A DNA stretch of 64,000 nt from the human T2T-CHM13v2.0 reference genome, Homo sapiens (GCA_009914755.4 CP068257.2:15424001-15488000); one strand, 5' to 3'; shown: positions 1 to 14,089, counted from the stretch's first letter. The notes: generated from the sequence alone by a model not told the origin. Numbers and translations are program-made.

Positions 1-190
1 CTATGACTCCGATCCAGGTCCTTTTTTTAACAGTTATTTTCACCCTGACGAATTCCTACAACTGTCAAAATGAAATCTCAACCTTATTTTCACTAAATGT
101 TTTCTTTTTATATCTCTTATGTTTCAGAAGACTACTTCCATTAACTGAGACTTCTTCCATTAACTGAACTGAAAGAGGAGACTTGAACTA

Positions 191-257
191 CTCTCTCTCT
201 ATATATATATACACACATATATACGTGTGTGTATATATATATATATATATACACATA

Positions 258-310
<53 letters not shown>
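191..310. repeat. (TA)n microsatellite with interspersed (CA)/(CT) runs
   Basis: Seen directly: long alternating TA tract with short CA and CT interruptions. The Tyr/Ile-rich ORF 141..419 is its translation. Confidence 0.95.
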
Positions 311-312
<2 letters not shown>

Positions 313-331
313 TTTTTAATAAAACTTTGTA

Positions 332-454
332 GCTGGGTATGGTGGCCATGCCTGTAGTCCCAGCTGTTTGGGAGGCTGAGGTTGGAGGATTTTGAGTTTG
401 AGTCCAGCCTGGGCAACATAGGGAAACCCCACCTCTTAAGAAAGAAAAAAAAAA
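332..454 (+). mobile_element. 5'-truncated Alu (right monomer) ending in a poly-A tail
   Basis: Matches the Alu right arm (agctgggtatggtggc...cctgtagtcccagct...gaggctgagg...cagcctgggcaacatag) followed by A-rich tail. Sits directly after the TA microsatellite. Confidence 0.8.
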
Positions 455-1881
455 CAGTTTTCTTTCAATTTCCTATTATGATAAATATTTTTTCCCTTCT
501 CATTACCTCATTCCCTCAGAATCACATATCAAACCTGTTTTTGGGAAAAAATGTAAAATTGAAGTTCTATGTCAGCCAATCTTCAGAAGGATTAGGGAAA
601 AATAGAACACAAATATATCTCAAAGTATATCCAGTAGGACCCAAATAAACTAATGCCTAGCTTAAAGAGAAGAGCTAACCCTGTGTCTTACCATTTTTCA
701 GAGCTATGGGACAGTCATTTAAGGAATATGTCTCTCATTTCCTACATTTACAGGCTTTACTATTCTTACAGAAAAAAAAATCAAAATAATATAAACACAT
801 TCATAAAGCTTCAACCTCATAGATATGTATGCAATCTTGGAAGCATCTTCTCTTAACTTCAGGTTTTCAATTATTTCAAAAGTGAACATTTACCTTCTCC
901 AGTGCAGTTTCTGAAACAACAGCTCTTCAATAGAACTCAAGTAGATTTTAACAGTATGTATTCCTTTGGTTGTTTTTTCCTTTGCTTTCTCTCATCTCTC
1001 AAATGTCTTAGTACCTATAGACTCATATATTAAAATATATGCACATAATTATAAACCTTTAAAATGTACTTTTATAAAGGCACTCCTAGCACAATGCATA
1101 AAACAGGTGAGCTATTTTTAATTTCATCATGGGAAATATGGGAAGTTAACGTAGAAGGAGATAAAAAGGATCCCAAGTCATTGTTTTTTATTGGAAAAAC
1201 ACACTAGGTGTTTTGTAAGGAGAGAAAAATCTCTAGAGCATTGAATTGCAACAGAACCTTTACGTAAAGCAGTTTTATTTGAAATATATTGTTCCAGACA
1301 GCAGTGAAAAAAAGAAACCAGTTTTAATCTAAAATGCTTCCAGGCTCAGTCTCCTCTGGCCAATTAATTTGATTTCAGCAATGTTCTGGTTGCCTCTGCT
1401 TAGCAATAGCTATTAAATATAGTGCTGTGCCTTTTGGAAAACTTTTACTTTACATAAGAGCCAAAAGGTAAATCTGTGGAAAATTGGACTAGGAAGTGAA
1501 ATATGATTTTGAAATGGAAACATATATTAGCTCAAACTCTGATAAATGAGGGTCATTTTGAAAAAATATAGGTGACAACAAGTGCCAGTCAGCATCCATC
1601 AGCCATCAGTCACATTTTGACAAAGACTAGGCAAGCCTCATTTACCTATCTACTTAGCTACCTAGGTTTTCAAATATTTCTTTTTTATTTTATTCAAGTT
1701 TGGGGAAGAGATGCCAACATTTTCTGATAACATTAGGATTAACTTCAGTGAGTATTGATTGGAATGTACCAGAATAGGCACTCATATAAAAATGATTAAG
1801 ACACATATAAGATAGTACATGCCCTTTGGGCAATCTAATGTGTAAAATTAGGGAAATCTTATAATACAAGAAGAAATAAAG

Positions 1882-2263
1882 TGTATTATTCCGTTCTCAC
1901 ATTGCTATAAGGAAATACCTGAGACTGGGTTATTTATAAAGGAAAGAGATTTAATTGACTCACAGTTCCACGTGGCTGGGAAGGCTTCAGGAAACTTAAC
2001 AATCCTGGTAGAAGGCGAAGGGAAAGAAAGGCACCCTCTTCACAGGGCGGCAGGAAGCGGAAGTGCCAAGCAAAGGGGGAAAAGCCCTTTATATAAACTC
2101 TCAGATCTCCTGAGAACTCACTCATTATCATGAGAATAGCATGGGGGTAATTGCCCCCATGATTCATTTACCTCCCATCAGGTCCCTCCCACGACACATG
2201 GGGATTGTGGGAACTGCAATTCAACATGAGATTTGGTGGGGGGATACGGACAAACCATATCAT
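1882..2263 (-). mobile_element. Solitary MaLR LTR, THE1/MST-type
   Basis: Reverse-complement match to the THE1-family LTR consensus. Starts TGTATTA..CCGTTCTCAC and ends ..CCAAACCATATCA, with hallmark internal motifs (cacagttccacgtggctgggaag, agaactcactcattatcatgagaa, ggtccctcccacgacacatggggatt). Confidence 0.85.
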
Positions 2264-3451
2264 AAGGTGACAGAACTGGTTGTCTATCTCAGCATTAAGT
2301 AATTTAAACAACAACCAGTTATTTAGCTTACAATTCTTATGAGCAGTTGCTGGTCTGTACCAGCCTTTGCTAATCTGGCCTGGGCTTGCCCATGTACCTG
2401 TGGCATTTGGAAGTTCAGTTGTGGCCTAGTTTTAGACTGCCTTAGTCACGTCTTTCCATTTGGCAAATAGCAATAATAACTGCAACTAGGATAATTGGGG
2501 AGGAAGTCAGTTGAATGTGAGAGAATTGGAAATAGAAAGAATAAGCATTTTGGATTTCAAGTTTACTCTATTATAATATAATTAGATTAGCTTATTTTTA
2601 AATGAGCTATTTTTACACTGGTTCATTTTATCCCATCTTGGTCATTTTACTGTTGCCTCAAACAGTAGTTTCTTTCCCCTCCTCCTCCCAGAACTAGTAT
2701 ATATAAAGTCAGATTAAGACCTTACTTATCCATCCAACATCTCATAACTTCTTTAATTTCTTCAAATAGCACATATTCAAAACTTTCAAATATGATTTGC
2801 CTCTTTCTTTTTCTTCTTCCCTTTTCATATTCAATTAGTTGCCAATATCTTCTAAGTACCAGCTCCAGCATCGTTTTCCCGCTTCTATTCCCACTACTTT
2901 CACCATGTCTCAGACTCTCTTTGCTTCTTGCCTGGACTGATGTAATATGTCCCTTGTCAGGCTTATTATATCCAGGTTTGCTCTTCACAATCTACTTACT
3001 GCCTGCAAATCAGTCTTCTTAACTCACAGTTCTGATCGAGCCATTTCCTTCTGCACAAATTTCTATGGTTCTCGATTCTCACCTGAATTTCTCAGCCTAG
3101 TATTAAAAGTTTTCCAGGCTTAGCCCCATTTATGCTTCTAAACTTATTTCCCACTGTTCCACCAATGCTGTGCATCAGCCCAATTGAAAGCTTCAACTTT
3201 CTTTTAAACCCCAAGACATATTTGATCATTCCTACTGCATGGAATATTTTCCCTGGTCTAAAAATTCCCAGCTATGACATTCAGCTCATGTTACTTCCCA
3301 CATGAAGCCTTTTCAATCATCTTAATTGGAAATTCTTATACTCTGAATCATATTCATGGTTATTCCACCAAAATGATATTCATTTCTATTATAGCTATTT
3401 AAATACATAAAACACACATTTTGCCTTACTTAGGAGGTTATATTTTCCTGA

Positions 3452-3809
<358 letters not shown>

Positions 3810-4140
3810 CAATGTTTTACTTTAATATTACACGTGAACATGAAAAATTGTTCATAGTGTTTGGGGACCATTATACATTATGAAAATGGGGATAGAAGAT
3901 AATTTCTAGCAAGGAAGTAAACATATTAAATTTTAGATAAGAGTCCTGAAAGACCAACATGTAGACTATTTTGGTAAAGAATAAAAATACAGCAAGAGGG
4001 ATCGATGTTGAAAAGGTCTAGAAGACAAATAACCAAAGATGAGGGCTTAGAATGTGGTATTAAGTCATAGAGCATCAGAGAAGAGGAAGATATTATGAAT
4101 GTTAAATCAACAAAACATGCTGACTACTCAAGAAAGGCTG

Positions 4141-4617
<477 letters not shown>

Positions 4618-4895
4618 TCAAAGGAAAAAAAACACAAGTGTGTGATATAAAAATAATAATTAGTTCAGTTTTAAACACCATGTAGCTATTTATTGTTGCA
4701 TAATCATCTCAGAACATGACTTAAGACAGTGAACATTTATTATCTCACAGTTTCTGTGGGTCAGAAATTTAGGAGTACTTTCCTGGGTGATTCTGGGTCT
4801 GAGCCACTCATGAGGTTGCAATCAAGATACTGGTCAGGACTATAGGCATCTGAAGGATTGGCTGGAACTGAAGAATCTGCTTCCAAACTCACTGC

Positions 4896-5322
4896 TATGA
4901 TTTGGATGCTTGTACCTTGCAAATCTCATGTTGACATTTGATCACCAATGTTGGAGTTGGGGCCTATTGGTACGTGTTTGGGTTATGGGAGCAGATCCCT
5001 CATGAATAGATTAACACCCTCTCTGAGGGAGTGGTGAGTGATTTCTAACTCTATTAGTTCCTGCAAGAGCTAGTTATTTAAAAGAGCCTGTCACCTTCCC
5101 CTTCTCTCTCTTTCTTCTTCTCTTGGCAAGTGATCCCTGCACGTGCTGGCTCCCCTTTGCCTTTTACCATGAGTTGTAGCAACCTGAGGCTCTTACTGGA
5201 AGAAGATACTGGTGCCACGCTTCTTGTTCAGCCTGCAGAAATGTGAGCTGAATAAAACTCTTTTCTTTATACATTACCCAGCCTCAGGTATTTCTTTATA
5301 ACAACACAAATGGACTAAGACA
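4896..5322 (+). mobile_element. Solitary MaLR LTR (MST/THE1-related)
   Basis: tatgatttggatg...aaatctcatgttga...ggagttggggcc...gagctagttatttaaaagagcctgtcacc...cagcctgcagaaatgtgagctgaataaaactcttttctttata.attacccagcctcaggtatttctttata...ggactaagaca. The canonical MaLR LTR layout, including TG..CA termini. Confidence 0.8.
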
Positions 5323-6295
5323 TTCACCCATGTGACCGTGGCTGGAGGCCTGCTCCTTACCTCATGAATCTCTCCATAGGGTTATTGGTGAGTACTAACA
5401 ACATGGCAGCTAGCTTACCTCAAGCTAGTGATCCAAGGGAGAGCAAAAAGGAAGTGACTATGCCTGCCATGACTTAGCCAGAAGTCACACATCCCTTCTG
5501 CTATATTCCATTCATTAGAAGCAAGTTGCTAAGTCCAGCTCACACTCAAAGGGTATGACATTAAGCTTCAACTCTTGAAGGGAGGAATGTCAAAAATATG
5601 TGGACATATTTTAGAAACTTCACAGACATGTTGAGTTTGAGTTTTGTGAGGATACACAGATGGAGATATCCAGTAGCTAGGCTACAGTTTAGAATCAAAA
5701 TCTAGAAAGGAGAGCACACATTTGGAAATCATTAGCTATTTGTGGAAATGGAAGCTATGAATGGTGGAAATTTTAGACAAGCTTGAGATCATTCAGAGAC
5801 TATGTGAAGGCTGAAAAGGAAGAGAACCAAATGTGGATGTATGAGGGAGATTTACACAAAAGGCAAAAGCAGTGCAGGAGTCAACTAGTAGGGCTGAAAA
5901 GAAAAAAACAGAATAGTTTTCATTTCTTGTCATAAAATTCAAGAGAAAAATATTGATTTATTCAGAAAATATTGTGTGCCTCAACATTGGGTAACAATAA
6001 TACATCCCAAGAAAATATCAAGTGAAGTAAGAATTATGGTTTTTTCTTAGTTTTTCAATAGTTTATTGGTGACCTTTTTGCAGTTTCAAAGGTCTAGAGG
6101 AGGTAGATGATGGACCACAGTGGCACGCCCAGAGAATGGAGAATGAGGCAGCGATACAGTTGTTCTTGCAAGTTTAGCTGAGAAGCCAAGGAAAGAGAGA
6201 GAGAACCGTGGCATGTGTAAAGGTTTTGCTGTCTTTTTCCTTAAGTCATCTCAGGCTTCCATTACAAAATACTGTAGTCTGCGCAGTTTAAACAA

Positions 6296-6650
6296 AAAAA
6301 AAGTTATTTCTCACAGTTATGGAGGCTGCAAATCTTAGATCAGTGCCAGCATTTGCCCTCTTCCTGGCTTGCAGATGGCTGCTTCTTTCTGTATTCTTAC
6401 AAGATGGAGTGGGCAGGGGGGAGAGGGAGGGTGGATCCCTCCCTTCTCTTCTTCTTATTATAAGGACCCCAATCCCATCATGGGAACCCTGCCCTCATTA
6501 CCTCATTTAAACCTAATTACCTTCTAATGACCCTACCTCCAAATAACATCTTATTAGAGGTTAAGGCTTCAACATATAAATTTGGGGATAGGGGGACACA
6601 GGCATCCCATTCCATAACCCTTTCACAATGTTTTTTTTCTCTACTTTGTA
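6296..6650 (+). repeat. Ancient interspersed repeat (family name not recalled; the ctcacagtt.tggaggctg...cttataaggac..caatcccat...gacc.cattt.aac.taattacctc family)
   Basis: Similar to a very common human repeat consensus recalled from memory. A second, more complete copy is at 21120-21545. Classification uncertain. Confidence 0.45.
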
Positions 6651-7002
6651 TTATAAAGTTGTCAACCATGTAATAAGTAGAGACTAGTATAACAAACCCC
6701 ACGTACCCAGCTTCTTTTCTCTCTTGCAACCCCATTTCCTACAAACTATAGGCAGAACATTTTTTTAAATGTAGAATCTTGAGCATGATCTCATGAGGTG
6801 AAAGTCAATAGAAATCAAGGCTAAATGCTCAGAAAATAGATAATAAATGTCTAGTCAGTTTTCATGTACTTCTTTTAATGTTATTCTCACATTCCATAGG
6901 AAATTAGATGCTTTGGAGAAGGGAAATGAGCATGGGATTTTGAGTCAGCAAATCTATCTAGGATGCCATCCACAATATCAGCCCTATGACTTTTATGGCG
7001 AA

Positions 7003-7114
7003 ATTTCTTAACACCACCAACTTGAGCTTCCTTATTTTGGTGACATTGAAAGAGGATACTGAGGTGATAATACTTAAATAAACAATACATAAAGGGCTTC
7101 TTCTAAGAAGTAAC
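7003..7114 (+). repeat. Direct low-copy duplication, copy A
   Basis: About 93 percent identical to 9009-9121 (aaatttcttaaca.caccaacttgagcttc.ttattttggtgacattgaaagaggatactgagg.gataatacttaa.taaa.aatacataaagggcttcttctaagaagtaac). Confidence 0.85.
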
Positions 7115-9008
7115 TGAAAAAAGAAATAAATGAAATAACATAAACAGAAATATCTGGAAACCTAAAAAACTGTAGAGTCAACTTACTATCCCCAATGTAC
7201 CAAGAGAAACAGGTACAGGTTAAGTACACTACCTAATATCACTCAGCCAGCAGTAAATGAAAGGGCCTGAATGTTAGTCACCCCACCTCAAATTCATGGC
7301 TCTTTCTGCTTTACTATGTTGTCTTTCTTGCTTATAGGTGATATTCAACGAATAACGGAGGATAAATAAGACTAAATTCCATCCTCTAACTGTACTAGTA
7401 CCTAACGTCTTCATTAGGCCAGTTTTTAAGATTTTTTTAGAACAATTTTGATTTTAGCTGGTAATACAATATGTTTCCCCAATTCACTGTTTTAATACGC
7501 TAATTTTAAAAGTTGAATTTTCTATTGTCCAAAGGCACAGAGCAATTTATGTGTAAAGAATGGGGCTCTAATTCCTGAATCTCTACATCTGCTGTTTCAA
7601 GACATATGGCTTTCTTTTGAAAATACTTAACATATATGGTTTTTAAATGGTTTCTCAGGAATGTTTGAAATAACATGAACATAAATTTTGCAAAAGGAAG
7701 TGTAATAAATGTTTCTAATGCCAATTTAAGAAATGGTTAAAAATAAAACAGTAATCTTTAATCCATCATTCAAAATAAATTCATGCTAGTTTTTAAGATG
7801 ATTGAAACCATCATCTTTAAATTTTTGAATGCATATCTTTTACATTATTTTTAAATAAAATATTTGTGAAATAAACAGCACTTCTTACATTCTGTGTTGA
7901 AACACATTGGGCATTATTTAATTTATTCTTGATGAATTATGGTTATTGCTATGAACCTAAGTTATTTTCATGCTCTGTGACAGAGATGCTATAAGACTTC
8001 TGGAAGCTTGCTTAATCATACATAAGCAGCCAAGCTCCTAAGCTTTTAACTTTAAATCTACTCTTTGTCATTTTTTTATCTCTTCCCATGCTATCAATCA
8101 TCATCATGAGATGTTACATCTTACTGCTATAGTGCACCTTCTTGTTCTGTCCATTCTCTTTCAATTTATAACTTATAACTTCTATGGACCAGAAATTCCA
8201 AAATCAGTGAAGCTAGTTGAATAAGATTGACCCTTAGAAAAGTTGTAGACACAAAACTAAAGACAAGTGGAATGAACATTGAGGACTTCATTTCATGATG
8301 AAATGGATTCTGAGACATAGAAATAAAGAATAGTAAACTACACCGAAGTGGGAATGGCATAAGTCAGAGGATAAGGAATCTTTCCCAAATAACATGCTAA
8401 GTTACCTGCTCCAGGGGAAGCACACAAGTAACAAAAGTGCAAAATAGCTTTCTTTTTTTCCTATACTTGATTCCTACAAATAGGATCTGCAAGAGAAAGA
8501 TTAGATATAGAATTGCAGAATCCATGCTCTTCAAATTCAACATTGTATTCCATCACCCTAAGTAGATGCCTCTTTATGTGGTATATACACTTTACGGCTA
8601 CCACAGGTCCCATCTAAACTATAACTTCACAGATTTAAGGAACAGAATCATAAACGAGGAACTTTCTGCATTCAAGAAATTGTTGTTTCTCTTGAATACC
8701 ATGAGACATAGCTGAGATTACTCACTCCAGATAGTCATTTATCAGGGTTTATTTCCTGTATTTAGTATGTTCATTACATGGTAAACTCATTCCCATTAAC
8801 CAGGAAGCTGATTTTCTCCCAGGTTGACCTCCTTCAAATTACTTTTTTCTTCTCCCCTCAGAGTCTGTGAATCCAATTAAAGAAATTTCCATATGTTCTG
8901 ATCCTATAGTCTTACTAGAATAAGAGTCTTTGGGTTCCTTTCCTGGTCTTGAGCTAGTGAATACTTTCCACACAGAAACAGTTTTAGATCACCTGATGGT
9001 GATGGCAA

Positions 9009-9121
9009 CATTTCTTAACATCACCAACTTGAGCTTCTTTATTTTGGTGACATTGAAAGAGGATACTGAGGCGATAATACTTAAGTAAATAATACATAAA
9101 GGGCTTCTTCTAAGAAGTAAC
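9009..9121 (+). repeat. Direct low-copy duplication, copy B
   Basis: See copy A. Same orientation, 2.0 kb apart. Confidence 0.85.
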
Positions 9122-9509
9122 ATGAAGGACATGAGCAGAACACACAAAAGACACAGTCTCTGTTTTCACTCTTACTATAAGATGTTAATTTGTCTTTGAA
9201 CTTATTTATTTCTCTACTCGGCTACTCACAGAAAAGCCACTGGACTTTAGGAAGAAGTGTAATTTAACCAACCCGAGGAAATAAGAAACCAGAAGACCTA
9301 GACTAGAGTGGCCAAGAGCTAATACATATATATTATAATAAATCTTTAGCAAACCACAAAAGTGAACTGCTACATGTATCCAAAAACGTGGGAGAGGAGG
9401 CAATGATCACCTACATCCATGGCTTAACCTGCCAAATGAACACAGGTGCTACCAATAGCCCTATATCTTGGCAGGAGTTGGGGGTGGGTGCTGGGTAGTG
9501 TGTCAGGAG

Positions 9510-10030
9510 ATGAGGGAACTGTGAAAATAACTTAAGAGTTTGGCCTGATAGGGACTACATGGGGGTCATGTCCAGATCTACCTTCTGATCCTGAGCCAGA
9601 CCAAGCTTCTTTCATTATAGTGTGACTGCTGTGCTGGTAAAATATCAATCATTTTGCATTTTGGTTACTTGTGTGCTGCCCCTGAAGCAGATAACTTAGC
9701 ATGTTAATGCCCTCTAATTTCTCACCTATAAAGCTTGAGGTCCAAATTCATCCTCCATTACAAATCTTAGAAACCTAATCATGAAACGGTCCTTGCATTA
9801 CTATTGAGTTTGGGGATGAGAATTACTCACTCACTGTCATGGAAATCACTAAAAATTATAAAACTGGTTTGTGTTTTAGGAGCACAGCAGTTGCATTCCA
9901 GAACAGAAGAAGCTTGGTCTGGCTCAGGTTCCAGCCAGAAAGCCTGAGCTCTCAGAAGGTAGATCTGGACATGACCCCAATCTAGTCTTGTGACAAGAAA
10001 AATCACTCTAGGACCAACAAGGATTAAGAA
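9510..10030. repeat. Long imperfect inverted repeat (palindromic element) with gapped arms and a central loop
   Basis: 9541-9650 (..ctacatgggggtcatgtccagatctaccttctgatcctgagccagaccaagcttctttcattatagtgtgactgctgtgctgg..) is the reverse complement of 9862-9975 (..ccagcacagcag..gaagcttggtctggctcagg[23-bp insert]tcagaaggtagatctggacatgaccccaatctag..). Weaker complementarity continues outward. Confidence 0.7.
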
Positions 10031-11091
10031 AATGTGTCTGATAACTGCCCTTACCCACAATAATACAAATAAACAAATAAACATTTTGAGCAAAATTATG
10101 AAATGAATCAGAACTCCAGAATCTTCCTGTCATCTGAGGAAATAAAGCCAAAATAGCAGAATGTAGTAAAATGTTTATAAAATCAAATACCAAAAGGGAA
10201 ATACCCCTAGACCATGAACACAAGAGTGATTACCAAGGAAAAGGACAGTAGATCTGACATGACTGGATCCATCGTTCACGTACTATGCTTTCAACATCAA
10301 AGATGCTGAAATCAGTAAATGAAAAGTAGTTGGTCCAGCTTGCAATGCCAGAAGCTTTTTGCTCTAAACAAGGCCTCCAAATACATTAAAATAACTTGGA
10401 AGAGAACAAACTATGGCCTCCGTAACCTCTTTTCTACCAAGCAGATTCACTTTTCTTGTGAATATGTCAGACAGTTCCAGAAAAAAGTGGGTGGTAGAGG
10501 ATGATAAAAGATATCTGAGATATACAAGTACTAAGCAGAAAACATTACAAGAAAAATAAATAGATAAGACAGATAAACTTTAATAAACTTTTATAAGAAA
10601 GTAGGAAAATGAATTTGCCAACTAGTTTATGAAGTTGCTATAATCTTGATAAATAAACTAAATATGAAGTAAGATACAATAAGAAAGCTAGTCCAAATCC
10701 AAAAAAATGTAATGTTTAGAGATACAGATATAATGATGCTCATGGAGAAATTTTTTCAATCATGCAAAGATGATTTAATCTCATCTGTGCAATTCAATTT
10801 ACCACAGAAATAAAAGAGAAAAAAACACAATCTTCTGAATAAATGCAAAAATATATATATATATAAAATAACATTCAAGGCCTACATATGATTTTGAGAA
10901 AAGGGGAAAAACTCATGCTAAACTGAAAGCAGATAGTTTCCCTGCTTTAATGAAAACTATGATACTGCAGCAGGTGTCCTACTTAATGAAGAAACTAGGT
11001 GTGCGATTAGACAAGGATGCTCAGAACTGCTACTATATTTCTAGAGCGAACATGAGATTCTAGTTAAAGCAATAATATAAGGGAAAAAAGT

Positions 11092-11258
11092 CCAGGCACT
11101 CTGGCTGACCCCTGTAATCCCAGCACTTTGGGAGTCTGAGGCAGGAGGATTGCTTGAGCCCAGGAGTTTGAGGTTACAGTGAGCTATGATCGCACCACTG
11201 CACTCCACGTTGGGCAACAGAGCAAGGCCCTGTCTCAATAAAAAATAAAAATTAAAAA
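11092..11258 (+). mobile_element. Alu-derived element with internal deletion
   Basis: The Alu 5' part (ctggctgacccctgtaatcccagcactttgggag.ctgaggcaggaggattgcttgagcccaggagtt.gag) joins directly to the Alu 3' end (gttacagtgagctatgatcgcaccactgcactcca..tgggcaacagagcaag.ccctgtctca) plus an A-rich tail. Confidence 0.75.
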
Positions 11259-12889
11259 TCTTAAGGTGTAGTGGTTGGAAAACAAGGAGTAAAAATATCT
11301 CTATATGCAGTTGGTAAATAATTTTTGCACAACCAAAAGAATCCTCAAACCCTTAGAACTATTAAATGTGTTCATCAAGTTTGTCGAATATAAGATTAAT
11401 ACGCAAAACAATAACAACAACAACAAAAACTGTTCCTCAACGCCAATGATTATCAAAATGGGGATGATTTTTCCTGCTAGCAGACATTTGACAAAATATG
11501 AAAACATTCTCGTTATCACAGTTGGGCGGTGTGAGAGGTGGGTGCTATAGCCATCTAGTGAGTAGAGACCAGAGATGCTGCTAAATATCTTACAATGCAC
11601 AGGACAGCCTCCTATAATGAAGAATTATCCAAGCCAAAACATTAATTACAAGGCTGTTGAGAAATGCTGCTCCTCATCAGAACACTAACCAGTGAAAAAA
11701 TGTTATAAAAAATGAGAAAACCTTCACAATAGCAATACAAACTATAAAGTATGTACAGATAACCTAACAAGATATTTACACGAGCTTAATGGAGAAAATG
11801 TTAAGCTCTCTTCAATGGCCGAAATGAGACAGTATTTTATATTTGTGACTGTACTTATTTAATTTAATAAAATTATTAATTATTTTCTAAAGTCACCAAT
11901 ATATTTTTTAAATACAATTTTTTAAAATTATCAATATTTGAAGAATTTGTTAATCTGATTCTGAAGTTTCTAGTAGGGTAGCAGAGGAATCTTACCCTTC
12001 ATTTTTTGGGTAGTTGGTAACTTCTCCAAAAAGTATAATATAAAACAAGATGTAGAAACAAATAGGAGTGCAGTATTTACAGGCATCGATTTCTTAGCCC
12101 AGTGACAATTGTAGCAATCTTCAATATATAGAGTTTAGCTTATTTGAAGATAACCAAAGTTTTGCATCTTAAAGAATAAAATTACAGATCTATGCTCACT
12201 AGAAAATTAGTTTTTAAAACAATATTCATGGTATTTTAACATCGTTGTTTAAAGCATGCATCCTATAGCTGCACACTAAATAAAGACGAAATGATCAGAT
12301 AGAACGTTTGAAATGTCATTTTTCCTTTGCTCTTCCCTAACATGGCATTCTGCTAATTTTAGTGCATGTTTTATATCAAAACTCTCTAACTCTAATCTCC
12401 CAGAAACTGATTAATCTGCATTAATAGCCTTTCTGGGAAGTTGTAAGTTTAATCAATTTTTATTTGATAAGGGTCTCTAATGCTTTTAGCGATGGGTGAC
12501 TTACTGAGCAACAAACTGTTTCAAAACCATCAGCATTTTCTGAAGTTATGTCAGATGTTGATAAAGTGAAATTCCTCATACAATACAGGAATGTGATTCT
12601 CAATTCTTTATCCACCGAGTTTAACAAAGATAGAGGGCCCTCAAAATGTTATCCAAATACTGAAGAGAGATAACTTATTAAAACAGTATTTCTTCATAAT
12701 CTGGACACTTTTGGTTCCAGATAGTGCAGGCTATTTTCTCAATGACCTGATGGAGCTATAGAAGTCGCTGTTTGACTTGGTTTTCAAATGTCTATCCACT
12801 ACAATGAAGATGTTAACTGTGGTTAACTGTCACTTTTTGCACTGAATGCCCTACCTCTGAGCTGCACCCTAATTCACTATATCTGAACA

Positions 12890-13060
12890 GTTTTTTTAGA
12901 GTTTCATAACCCTTTACATCAACCATCTTATATTATCCTCACAACAACCTTACAAGGTAAAAGAGAATAGGAATGTTGCTTTACCAGTGGGGAAATGAGC
13001 TCAATGACCTTATGTCCTCCAAAGTTTTGATGGTTTTGTACTAACTCCTACCACTTTTTA
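12890..13060 (-). mobile_element. MIR (SINE) fragment, tentative
   Basis: atcctcacaacaaccttacaaggtaa...ttaccagtggggaaatgagctca resembles the reverse complement of the MIR core (cctcatagggttgttgtgaggat / tgaggaaactgaggctc). Confidence 0.35.
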
Positions 13061-13390
13061 TCTGGGAGCGCTCCCATCCAATCTGTCAGGACACACCAAG
13101 TGGCTTGATGTGAGCAGGATGCAATTTGTGGCTGGTAGACTTGCAGGATTCTTGAGGGTAAAGCCCTCTTATTCTTCTCTGTGTCCTCAGTGCCCAGTGT
13201 AATACCTATGTAGAGGACAAGAAATATACTTCCTCATTCATCACTAGATGTATGGCTGAAGCCCCTATTATAAAAGACAGAATATCAGGAGAAAACCATA
13301 CAAATGTATTTAATGTAAGTTTTAAAAGAAACTAATATAAGTTTTCCTTATTAAGGAAATGAAGACCCAGAAAAATGAGTTTACCTGTGT

Positions 13391-13612
13391 ATTTTTTTCT
13401 TTTTGATACATTCTTCTTATGTTACCCAAGCTGCAGTGCAGTGGCATGATTGTAGCTCATTGAAACCTTGATTTCCTGGGCTCAGCCTCCCGAGTAGATG
13501 GGACTATAGGCACATACCCCCACACCCAGCTAATTTTTTGTACAATGCCCAGGATGGTCTTGAACTCCTGAGCTCAAGTAATCTGCCTGCTTTGACCTCC
13601 CAAGCGTACCTC
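13391..13612 (-). mobile_element. Old Alu (AluJ-like), truncated, with internal deletion
   Basis: Poly-T then ..acccaagctgcagtgcagtggcatgattgtagctcattgaaacc..gggctcagcctcccgagtag.tgggactataggc...cagctaattttttgta...ggtcttgaactcctgagctcaagtaatc.gcctgc.t.gacctcccaa. Reverse-complement Alu. Confidence 0.8.
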
Positions 13613-14011
13613 TATCTTTTTTTAATGCTAAGTTTGATGAAGCAGATAGTCACGAAGATGTAGAGTCGGACAAAGGGGCTATGAGCTAATGGTAATAAAC
13701 CGGGGGAACTTAGCAAGTCCTGTTTGTTCATATCCTTCTCTGTGTCCCTTCTCTGTGTCCCTGTGTCTTCAGATATAAGGATGTTCCTTTCCTCCAGGTA
13801 TAGGGAGGGCATCTCTCAAATGAAGATCTTATGACCTGCTTCAGGGGAAGGTCAGAAAATTCTCCCTAGGATTTATTACCTGCTTTGAGGGAGAAGGGCA
13901 GCAAAAAATCAAAGAAGACTTTTCCTACTTCTTTGGTTTTCTCAAATTCCTTACTTTAAAAGGTTTGAAGGTAGCATGTCCTGAACCCCATCACCTATAT
14001 GCATACAGAAA

Positions 14012-14089
14012 TCACACACATGCATGCACATGCACACACACAGACACACGCACACACACAGACACACGCGCACACACACACACACACAC
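14012..14089. repeat. Imperfect (CA)n microsatellite
   Basis: cacacacatgcatgcacatgcacacacacagacacacgcacacacacagacacacgcgcacacacacacacacacac. ORF 13999..14382 (His/Thr rich) is its translation. Confidence 0.9.

Noticed and set aside
141-419. ORF 141..419(-) with a Tyr/Ile repeat peptide, and ORF 13999..14382(+) with a His/Thr repeat
   Set aside because: These are translations of the (TA)n and (CA)n microsatellites respectively.
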